NCBI RefSeq assembly: GCF_009914755.1
Contig: NC_060947.1
DNA from: the human T2T-CHM13v2.0 reference genome, Homo sapiens
Reading direction: 5' to 3' (one strand)
Length of the DNA stretch: 64,000 bases
The notes beneath the pieces were generated by a model. That model was not told where the DNA came from, did not search any database, and saw only the letters and a list, made by a program, of their open reading frames with translations. Positions 13,375-23,168 of the stretch are shown in pieces. The translations under genes were made by a program, and so were the position numbers. Each line of letters opens with the position of its first letter. Positions within the stretch are counted from its first letter, which is position 1.

Positions 13375-14212
13375 TGACAAGGATTCTTTGCTTGGGTAAT
13401 CTTTAGTGAAGTTCCTGAACCTTCTCATAGGCTCAACTGCGTACCTCCTTTTAAAGTTGATTTTTACCAGATAATCCTGCTAAGTCAGTGTCTTAGTCAA
13501 TTTATGCTGCTATAACAGAATACCTAAGACTGGATGATTTATAAAGAACACAAATTTATTTCTGCCAGTTCTAGAGGCGGAAAGTCCAAGCTGTAGGCAC
13601 TAGGAGATTTATTGTCTGGTGTTAGTCATATCTCTGCTTCGAAGATAGCTTTTTGAATGCTGTGGTAAAATGTGGAAAAGCAAAATGGCCTAGCCAGATT
13701 CCTCCAATCCATTTATAAGTTATCAATCCTATTCACAAAAGCTCTTCCCCCATCAACTCCAAAAGATCCCACTTTTTAATACTGTCACATTGGCAATGAA
13801 GTTTCAACACATAGATTTGGGGGACATTTAAACCATGGCAGTCTGTTTAGAAAGTACTCCCCCCCACTCTCAATATGTGATCATCCTTGATATATGATCA
13901 GGATCCTTATCTTTCATCATTCCCCATGTGACGCTTCAGCACCCTGGGCTGTCTTCAGCAAGAATCCTATGTTCATTTAGTTAGAATCTCAGTTATCCTT
14001 GATTTTATTTCTCTTAATAATTTACCATTCACTGACCTCATCACTGATTCTTGGCTATAAATTTCTCCTTAATCATGCTATATTTGAAGTTATGAACAAT
14101 CTCTCTACCCCACTTCAAAATCCTGTTGCAGTGGTCACTATGCCTATTGCAGTGATCCTGAATAAAATCTGCCTTATCATGCTTTAACAAGCATAATTTA
14201 ATATTTTTAATG
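13375..14212 (+). mobile_element. ERV1 LTR, MER31-like (3' LTR), split by a MaLR LTR
   Basis: Starts TGACAAGGATTCTTTGCTTGG; homologous to 2270-2733; AATAAA at 14161. Confidence 0.8.
13489..13840 (-). mobile_element. MaLR solo LTR (MSTD/MLT1A-like)
   Basis: tgtcttagtcaatttatgctgctataacagaatacc...aaaccatggca. 5-bp TSD gtcag/gtctg; the empty site aagtcagtttag is intact in the 5' LTR. Confidence 0.85.
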
Positions 14213-14670
14213 GTGTTCCCAATAGCTAAGAGGTGGAAAGAACACAAATGCCCATTGATATATGAATGGATAAACAAAATGTCATGTACATATACGATGA
14301 AATATTATTCAGTCTTAAAAAGAAAGAAATCTTGTCATATGCTATAACATGAATAAACCCTGCGGACATAATGCTAAATAAAATTAGCTAGTCACAAAGG
14401 CAAAATACTCTACAATTTCACTTGTATGAGATGTCTAAATTAATTAAATTTATAAAAATGGAAAGTAGAATGTTGTTTACCAACTGCTGAAGGGAAAAGG
14501 AAAGTGGCTGTTAGTGGACACAAAGATTCAAATTTGCAAGATGAAAAAGTTTTGGAAATATCTTTCATAATAATGTGACTATACATAGGAATTCTGAATT
14601 ATACACTTAAAAGCTGTTAGTATGGTAAATTTGTTGTTATTTGTTTTTGCTATTTTATACATGTATATAA
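14213..14670 (+). mobile_element. L1MB-like 3' end (continuation of the L1 at 1-2269)
   Basis: Resumes at ttcccaatagctaagaggtggaa, the consensus continuation of ...tagcact at ~2267. L1MB-type 3'UTR (ttgcaagatgaaaaagttttgga...tacacttaaaag). Confidence 0.8.
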
Positions 14671-15087
14671 ACATCATGGTGCTCCTGCCAAGTGTTTCCA
14701 CTAGGGACAAAACTTCACTCAAAAACATGCTGCTTTCTCTTTTTCGTATTTTTCCCAGACTCCATGTGCATTTTGGATCTAAATATTGAACTTTAGGATA
14801 TCATGAAATATGGCAAGTTTCTGTTATGTTCTTTTCTATGTACTCTTCTTATGAAATAAAGCACCATAAAAAACATTAGATTAGAGAAATTAGATTTGGG
14901 AAGAAATGGATTTTAGAGACTATCAAGTAGAGTTCTTTTATTCCAACAGATGACTAAACTGAATAGGAACAAACGTGATTAGTTCAAGGGAAAACAAACA
15001 TGATTAGTTCAAGGTCACATAACCAGTTAACTTTAGAACTAGAAAAGAAATCCCTATCTTTTGATGCCAAATGCTAGTGTTAGAGAC

Positions 15088-15558
15088 TAGAGTGGGCTGA
15101 ATGGTGGCCCCCAAAATAAAGGTCTACATCTTAATCCCCATGACCTGTTATCTTATTTGAAAACAAAAGGTATTTGCATATATAAGTATGTTAAGGTTGT
15201 TGAGATTAGGATATCATCCTAGATTATCTAGGTGGACCTTAAATCCAATGGTAAGTTTCCTTATAGAAGACATAGAAAGAAGAAGAGACAGATGGACAGA
15301 TGCAGAGGAGACAGTGATGTGAAGATGAAGGCAGAGATTGAAGTGATGTGGCTACAAACCAAGGAACGTCAATGATTTCTGGTAGCCACCAGAAGTTAGA
15401 AGAGCAGCAAGGAATGGATTATTTGCTACAGCCCTGTAGTGAGTGCAGGTGTACTATTTTTTGAAGTTTCATTCTCCAGAACAGTGAGATGATAAATTTA
15501 AGTTATAAGCCACCAAATTTGTAGTAATATTTTATGATAGCTACAGGAAACTAAGAGA
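15088..15558 (+). mobile_element. MaLR LTR (MLT1C/MLT1D-like)
   Basis: gggctgaatggtggcccccaaa...gatgtgaagatgaaggcagagattgaagtgatg...acaggaaactaa. Confidence 0.8.
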
Positions 15559-15820
15559 AGAACACAAAACATATAATAAACTCACATAATAGAGATTTTC
15601 CCATTTATTAGAGATAAGGAAACTCATGATTGCTTCATAGTGTAATATTGCCAATATTTTTAAATACAGTTCCTAAGAACCCTTACAATTATTTCAACTG
15701 AAATATGCCAGGAACTTAAACAACAATAACAGAAAGGTTTATTAGTTCACATTGGAAATCTAAAGGTAGCATAGCTACAAGGTTGGTTAGTTCATGTACT
15801 TAATAATAGCATCACAAAGT

Positions 15821-18800
15821 CAGGAGTCAGGACACTTTAGGAAGAACTGCTCAAGCAACATGAGGAAGTCAACTCAAGCCTGACCAATGTGTAATGGGTA
15901 CCACTGGAAGGCAGACTGTCCCCCGAGACACAGGTTATCAGGTCCAGAGCCAGTTTCCTAAATGGTCCAGCAGAACTGATGCATACCAGGGGTCCTCTCC
16001 TCAGCTCTGTTGGTCCAGACCGCCATTATCATCCAGGAGCCCTATGTGATTCTGGAAGTTGAAGGAAGGAAGGTGCATCTCCTCCTGGACACCAGAATGA
16101 GCCTTTCAGTTTTCTCCAATTTAGCAACACCCCCCCGCCCCCCCCCCCTTCTCTCTTAGCACTATCATGAGAAGCATCTCAGGAAAACCTCTAACCTGAT
16201 ATTTTTCCCAAATCCTTAGTTGTAATGAGAGAGACCCCTTGTTTACTCATGCTTTTAAAATTATGCCTGAAAGCCAGATTCCTCTGTTGGGCAGAGATAT
16301 TTTGGCTCCTGTGGGAACCACTACCCTTATGGCTCTAAGACAGACTCTTTGTCTCCTCCTGGTGGAGACAGATATTAACCCAGAAGTTTGGGCAACTCAC
16401 GGAAAAACTGGCCGAGCCACAGTCACCACACAGCTCTCGATCCACCTTAAGGATCCTACCCTCTTTCCCTAACCAGAGACAATATTCCCTAAAACTAGAA
16501 GTTAGGAAAGGACTAGATGGCATCATTGATAATTTGAGGATGCAGGGCCTTCTCAAACCCTGCAACAGCCCTTATAATAGCCCCATATTAGGGGTACAGA
16601 AACCCAATGGTTAATGGAGACTAGTCCAGGACCTCTACCTCATTAATGAGGCTGTGGTTCCAATTCATCTGGTAGTTCCCAATCCCTATACTCTGCTAAC
16701 TCAAATATGTGAGGGAACTAAATAGTTTACTGTTCTGGACCTAAAGAATTTTTATTTATTTATTTTATTTTTTAATTTTTTTCTGCATACCATTACACCC
16801 CGACTCCCAGTACTTGTTTGCATTCGAGAATCCTTCCAACCAGACCACTCAATTAACCTGGAGAGTATTACTTCAGGGATTCCGAGCTAGCCCCCACCTG
16901 TTTGGACAGGCGTTGTCAAAAGATCTGTCAGAGTTCCTTTATCCTCAGGTTAAAGTTTTACAATATGTAGGTGACATTCTCCTTTGTGCCCCACCTGAGG
17001 AAATTTCTCAGGAGGGCTGTAAGGCTCTTCTTAATTTTCTGGCTAACAGAGGATATAAGGTCTCAAAACCTAAGGCTCAACTCTGTCAGACTTCAGTGAA
17101 GTACGTGGGCCTAGTCTTGTCAGAGGGGACCAGGGCACTAGGCAAAGAAAGAATCAAGCCTATCTCCTCCTTTTCCATCCCCCAAACCTTCAAGCAACTG
17201 AGGGTATTCTTGGGCATTAAAGGATTCTGCAGGCTATGGATACCTGGGCACAGTGAAATAGCTCATTTCTTATATCACCTAATAAAGGAGACTCAGGCAG
17301 CTAATACCCACTCCCTAACTTGGGAACCAGAGCCTAAAAGGGCCTTTGACCAATTAAAGCAAGCCTTGCTTGAGGCACTGTGCTCATAGTCTTCCCATTT
17401 GGGAGATGTTCAATCTTTATGTTTTAGAAAGGAAGGGAATGGCCCTGGGAGTTCTAACAAAGGCCTGAGGTCCAGCAGCAGCCTGTAGGCTACCTAAGCA
17501 AGGAGCTTGATTTAGTAGCTAAAGAATGGCCAGCCTGCCTACAGGCAGTTGCAGTGGTAGCTTTGCTGGTACCAGAGGTTACTAAGTTTACCATGGGGAA
17601 TAACTTCACCATTTATGCCCCACATAATGTGGCAGGACTGCTATCTTCTGAGGGGAGTCTCTGACTAGTGGACAACCACCTCTTTAAAAATCAAGATCTG
17701 ATATTAGAGAGATCTGCAGTCCAGTTAAAAATCTGTCCCTCCCTAAACCCAGCCACCTTCCTCTAAGACGAAGCTGAGGAGCTTGAACGTTACTGTAAAC
17801 AGATAGTAGTCCAAAGCTATGTGGCAGAGAGGGCCTCAAAGAAACCTCCTTAGGCAACCCAGACTGGAATACTTATGGACAGAAGTTTCTTTGTAGAGCA
17901 AGGGGTCTGTAAGGCAGGGTATAAAATAGTCACCCTAAATGACGTTATTGAGAGCACCTCTTTCCTCTGGCACAAGTGCTCAACTAACTGAGCTAATTGC
18001 CCTTATGGGAGCACTTGAATTAACCAAAGGGAAAGCAGTTAACATTTATACTGATTCTAAGTTTGCTTTCCTAGTCCTCCATGCTCATGCCGCTATCTGG
18101 AAAGAGAGGGACTTCCTCAAAGCCAATAGGTCATCCATTAAATAACATCAGGAAATCAACAGACTACTATCCTTGGTCTTTCTTCCATGGAAAGTGGCAG
18201 TGAAAGCCACCAAAAGGGAACAAATAAAATAGCTGAGGAAAGAAAGTTGGCAGACCAAGCAGCTAAGTCAACAGTGAGAGGGCTCCATATTTCTGATCCA
18301 CTTGAGGCCCTTGTGATCTGGGAGGGCTCCATAAAATAATAATAATTTTAAAAAAATCAGTATTCCTCTGCAGAGATAGGATGGGCTACCTCTTAGTGAT
18401 ATACTCTTCAGTCCTCAGGATGGCTGCAATTGGAGGATGGCAAACTTCATCTACCAGCTTCCAGCCAATGGAAAGTTTTAAAAATCCTCCACCAAGCCTT
18501 CCACCTAGGTAAGGATAAAACCTATTAAGTGGACCAAAGGTTGTTCTCAGGTAAAAAAAAAATGGTCAAACAGGTCATTAATGCTTGTGAGACTTGTCTT
18601 AAAAATAATCTCTTCAATTGACAGCTTCTCTCTCCCAGAACCCAAAGAACAGGAGGTTACCTGGGGGGAAGACTGGCCGATGTATTTCACCCATATGCCA
18701 AAGACAAGGAGCATCCAGTATCTCCTAGTATGGGTAGATACCTTCACTAACTGGGTAGAAGTATTTCCATGTCAAATGGAGAAAGCCTCTGAGGTGATAA

Positions 18801-19951
18801 AAGTACTGATTAATGAAATAATTCCTTGCTCTGGACTTCTTAAATACCTCCAGAGTGAAAATGGCCCCTCATTCAAGGTGACTGTCACCCAGGGGGTCTC
18901 AAAGTCATTAGGCATACAGCACTACCTTCATTGTGCTGGGAAATCACAGTCCTGGGGAAAGGTAGAAAAGACAAATGATATTCTCAAAAGGCACATCAGA
19001 AAACTGTCTCAAGAGACTCATATGCCCTGGATTATTCTTCTCCCCATTGCCCCACTACTTTTTAGAAACACCCCTTTGAAGCTGGGTTTAAGTCCCTTAA
19101 AAATGATGTATGGATGGTCTTTTCTCACCAGTGGTTTCTTGCTAGGCCAAGAAAACCTCTCTGATTTGATTAAGCATATAATCTTTTTGGCTTGTTTCCA
19201 ACATGAACTGAAACAACTATCAGAACCCCAATCCCATGAGCTAGGGCCACTTCTGTTTAACCCAAGAGACTTAATAATGATAAAGGCACTTTTTTCCCTT
19301 TCTCCCTTTCTAGTCCTGAAATGAGAAGGACCTTACAGTGTACTTCTTTCTACTCCTACAGCAGTAAAGGTCACTGGAATAGATTCTTGGATTTTTTATA
19401 CTCAAGTAAAGGCCTGGGAAACTGAAGAAATTACTTCTGTTGAACCAGGAGAACACCTGAAGTACCAGAATGAAGGACTCAGGGACCTCAAGCTAAAAAT
19501 CACAAAAGATAAGTGTTGATAGTTAACTCTCCATTGTTATCCTATGCTTATTGTTCTCACCTTTGTTCTGTTCCTCACCATAAGACATCTTTGTTAAGTA
19601 CCCCTTCCCAAGGGATTATCTACCCCTCTAAACAATCATTTCTCTTTTAAAGCTTAACTGATCTCATACAATTTTTAATTTCTTCCACCAGGTTGAAGCA
19701 GCCCATTGCATACTTAACCTCTTTGTAAAGTGTGTTTCTTCTTGCCTAGAAGCCATAAAACTCCAAGCAGTCATGCAACTGAAGCCTTGGATGATGACCC
19801 CCTTTTTACTGTGAACCCTTACACAGGCTTCTGAGAGAAGATATGACTCCTATTTTCCCCAAAAGAACACCCACTGTCTGTATTAAGCAGTTAAGAGCGG
19901 TCATTGTCCCAATCCTAATGGCAGTTAGAAGTACCTCTTTAGATGGGGTAT
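15821..19951 (+). mobile_element. Class I (gamma-like) ERV internal region, MER52-int-like; 5'-truncated, env largely deleted
   Basis: gag NC knuckles GHFRKNC...(C>stop)PMCNGYHWKADCP from 15821, gag TGA at 15977, protease LLDT at ~16082, then RT, RNase H and integrase. A short env-tail remnant (LEAIKLQAVMQ, ~19746) and the degenerate PPT agatggggtat precede the LTR. Confidence 0.9.
15980..19520 (+). pseudogene. Decayed retroviral pro-pol (RT, RNase H, integrase) with many stops and frameshifts
   Basis: ORF 16814-17389: QLTWRVLLQGFRASPHLFG and QYVGDILL (YVDD mutated). ORF 17939-18145: SAQLTELIAL...VNIYTDSKFAF. ORF 18581-19324: YLLVWVDTFTNWVE...LQSENGPSF...GKVEKTN. Confidence 0.9.
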
Positions 19952-21675
19952 TGATGGCTGTGGTGGCCCATCTGGAATTGCTGCTGCCATGATGCCATCT
20001 GCAGTGGGGTAGGTGCTACCAGGGCTGTGCACTCCACAAAGCCAGGAGGGGCCGGGAGCAGGAAGGAGCCCTGCCCTCCCAGGTGCAGCTGCAGCCACCC
20101 AAGTCACAGCTGTGAACCCAGGCATCTCTTTATTCTTGGGGGCCCAGGAAAGCCTGCCCCAACCTCTGCATGCTCAGAAATGTCTGCTTCTGCTACTTGG
20201 CCTCTCCTTGCTCCTAGCACCCACTCATAACATAGAGCAAGGTTGGGGCCGAGCCTGGGTGTTGTCCCAGCCCAGCCAGATGTGCACATGCTTGGAGCAG
20301 TGCTGACACACCAGCTCCCTGCTGCCTTGGTCCCCTCTGGAGTTTGGGCATTGGCAAACACAGAGGGGAGACTGAGGGGGAGCTGAGGGCAGCTCAGCAC
20401 TGGCTGTCGAGCACCCCTTGGCATGAAGAGCATGTGTGCCATGAATGGTGACAGAAGGCAGACAGGCTTCTTGGAAGAAGGGGGAGGGTCCCCTGTGAAG
20501 CTCCACCTTCCAGTCAGGGAGGGTCTGAAGCCTGGGGGCAGAGTTGCTTGTCCCGTGGATCAGTATGAGAAGTTGTGATGCTTTTACTGGGTCCTCCCAT
20601 GGCTGCCCATGGAACAATAAGCATGTACTTCTTCCCCACTGAGGCCCATGAAAATCCTGGACTCAGCCAGAGTTGAGCAGATGATGGGACAGCCAGATGT
20701 GTGGGGAGCTACCTACCCCATGGTCTTCTCTCTGCAGAGAGCTGAAGAGGTAATGGGATGACCAGCTGTGGAGAGGAGCTACCCACCCCAGAGTCTTCTC
20801 TCTCCTCAGAGCTGAAGAGATGACAGGTTGGCCATCTGCAGAGAGCAACTACCTGTCCCAGGGTCTCCTCTCTGCTGAGAGCTGAAGAGACAATGGGGTG
20901 ACCAGCTGTGGAGAGGAGCTACTCACACCAAGGTCTTCTCCCTGCTGAGGGCTAAACACTCATTAGGACACCCCACCTGCAGAGAGGAGCTACCCACTGC
21001 GGGTCTCTTTTGAGCTGTTCTGTGGCTCAATAAAGCTTCTCTTTGCCTTTCTCACCCTCCAATTTTCTATCTACTGCATTCTTCCTGAATGCAAGACAAG
21101 AAGATGGCACCCACCAAATGGCAGGGCTAAAAGAGCTGTAACAGATAGGGCTGAACATGCCCCTTGCTTGGCATGTTGTGGGCAACAAGAGGAAGAGAAG
21201 AGAGAAGGAGAGAAGAGGTGCAGCCCTTTGGGGAGCCCAGACCTCTCAGCTCCCTGAGCCAGGGCTTTGACCCCTTTTTTGGGAATCTGTGGTTCTTCAT
21301 GTCTCCCAGCATCTGGGCACCACCATGTTCCCCAGTGGCAGCCATGGAAGCTGCTTGAGGCATGACTCGTCCAGCCACAGCCTCACAGGGAGCTGGTGCC
21401 TGTGTCAGTGCCTGAAGCTCTCTGCCTTGCTGTAGCAGGCGTACCTGGCTGTGCACAATGGCCAGACCCCACACTTGCTCACACACCCCTTGCCTTTTCA
21501 CACCTGGCTTGCCATTGGCAGGTGTGGGATGAAGGCTGGTAGCACAAGCCAATTGCAGCCTCCCAGGCCACATGGGTAGAACAAGTCCAGCCAGCCCGAG
21601 CAAAACTCAGGCAAAAGTACCACTGGCCACAGATGTTTCCAGCTGGTGAAGCGACACCCCAAGAATCCCATGACA
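19952..21675 (+). mobile_element. Long (1724 bp) ERV1 3' LTR, MER52-like
   Basis: TGATGG...ATCCCATGACA termini, GC-rich; internal ~60-bp repeats (gagctacccaccc...tctctctgcagagagctgaagag) at ~20680-21010; AATAAA at 21029. Confidence 0.88.
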
Positions 21676-21849
21676 CTATTGCTTCCGTTTCTCTGGAGAA
21701 CCATGACTAATATCACTAATTAATATTTATTGAGTCGACATTGGCCCCAAATTAGGGTTCTGCTAAAAGAAAAGCAAAGAAAATTGGATACTGAGTATAC
21801 AACTAACTGAATCAGCTTCTGTGTTTCAATCAATAGAAAGAAAGAAAGA

Positions 21850-22073
21850 AGCAGGGCATGGTTGCTCATGTTTGTAATTCCAGAACTTTGGGAGGCCAAA
21901 GCAGGCAGATTACTTGAGGCCAGGAATTTGAGACTAGCCAGGCCAACATGGTGAAACCCTGTCTCTACTAAAAATACAAAAATTAGCCAGTTTAGTGGGG
22001 CACTCCTGTAATCTCAGCTACTCAGGAGGCTGAGGCATGAGAATCTCTTTAACCCAGGAGGTGGGAGGTTGCA
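21850..22073 (+). mobile_element. Alu (AluS/J-like), 3'-truncated in the right arm
   Basis: Complete left arm and A-rich linker; the right arm stops at ggaggttgca. Confidence 0.9.
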
Positions 22074-22770
22074 TCTCACACGAGTCAGAAAGGTTTTTAT
22101 TAAAAAGTCAAAAAACGGATGTTGGTGAAGTTCTGGAGAAAATGGAACACTTATACACTGTTGGTGGGAATGTAAATTAGTTTCTGTGGAAAGCAGTTTA
22201 GGGATTTCTCCCAGAACTTAAAACACAGCTAACCATTCAACCCAGCAATTACATTCCTGGGTATACAAAAAAAGCAAAATAATTTGTTCTACCAAAGAGA
22301 CATATGCACTTGTATATTCATTGTCCCCTTATTCACAATAGAAAAGACATGTAATCAACCTAGATGCTCATCAACAGTAGACTGGTTATAAATAATGTGG
22401 TACACCTATGCCATGGAATACTATGCAGCCGTAAAAAAGATCATGTCCTTTGCAGCAACATGGATGCAGCTGGAGGCCATTATCCAAATCAAACCAACAC
22501 AGAAACAGAAATCCAAATACCTCATGTTATCACTTATAAGTGAGAGCTAAACATTGAGTACACATGTATATAAACATGGGAACAATGGGAACTAAGAACT
22601 ACTAGGGTGGGAGCATGAGAGAGGAGCAAGGGTTGAAAAACTACATCTCAGGTACTATGCTGACTACCTGAGTTACAAGATCGTTCATACACCAAACCTC
22701 AGTGACATGCAATTTCCCATTGTAACAAACCTAGACATATACCCCTTGAACCTAAAATAATAGTTGAAAA
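22072..22770 (+). mobile_element. LINE-1 3' end (L1PA16/L1PREC2/L1PB-like)
   Basis: catctcacacgagtcagaa...ttgaacctaaaataa: ORF2 C-terminus plus 3'UTR. Confidence 0.88.
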
Positions 22771-22875
22771 GAAAGGAAAGAAAGGAAAGAAAGGAAGGAA
22801 AGAAGGAAGGAAGGAAGGGAAGGAGGGAGGGAGGGAGGAAGGAACGAAGGAAGGAAGGAAGGAAGGAAGGAAAAG
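22768..22875 (+). repeat. (GGAA)n/(GAAAG)n purine microsatellite derived from the L1 tail
   Basis: Read directly from the sequence. Confidence 0.95.
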
Positions 22876-23049
22876 AAATAATAATTACAGAAAACAGAAA
22901 TAATCTAACAGAGATTAAATGATTCTCTGATTTAAAATTTTACAGTTTCACAGAACATATAGGCTAAAATAGACTTTAAACTTGGTCTATCCAATTTGTT
23001 TCCCAACATAACTGATCAGTAGTATCATTTGTAGTGACAATAAGAAATA

Positions 23050-23168
23050 ACTTTTGGAACCTGTCTCTAGATCCACTGAGTCAAAATCTCCAGGATAGGG
23101 TCCCAGGTACCTGCATTTTTAAGTTTCTTAAGTGGTTCTGCTGATTCAGCAAGTTTGAGAATACCAGC
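23050..23168. mobile_element. MER5-like hAT-Charlie MITE fragment
   Basis: ctgagtcaaaatctccaggatagggtcccaggtacctgcatttttaag...aagtttgagaataccag. Confidence 0.6.

Noticed and set aside
16130-16148. C-run (G-quadruplex potential on the minus strand) in the ERV protease region
   Set aside because: A simple homopolymer expansion in a dead gene, with no evidence of function.
16814-19324. 191-aa RT and 247-aa integrase ORFs as a domesticated retroviral gene
   Set aside because: The catalytic YVDD is YVGD, the integrase core reads SENG rather than SDNG, and the surrounding pol has many stops and frameshifts.
20680-21010. Repeat-spacer-like array resembling CRISPR
   Set aside because: These are degenerate tandem units inside an ERV LTR, with no unique spacers and no cas genes, in a mammalian context.
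19925-21716. Cluster of overlapping 60-158 aa ORFs
   Set aside because: Expected in a GC-rich, stop-poor LTR; no recognisable protein motifs.
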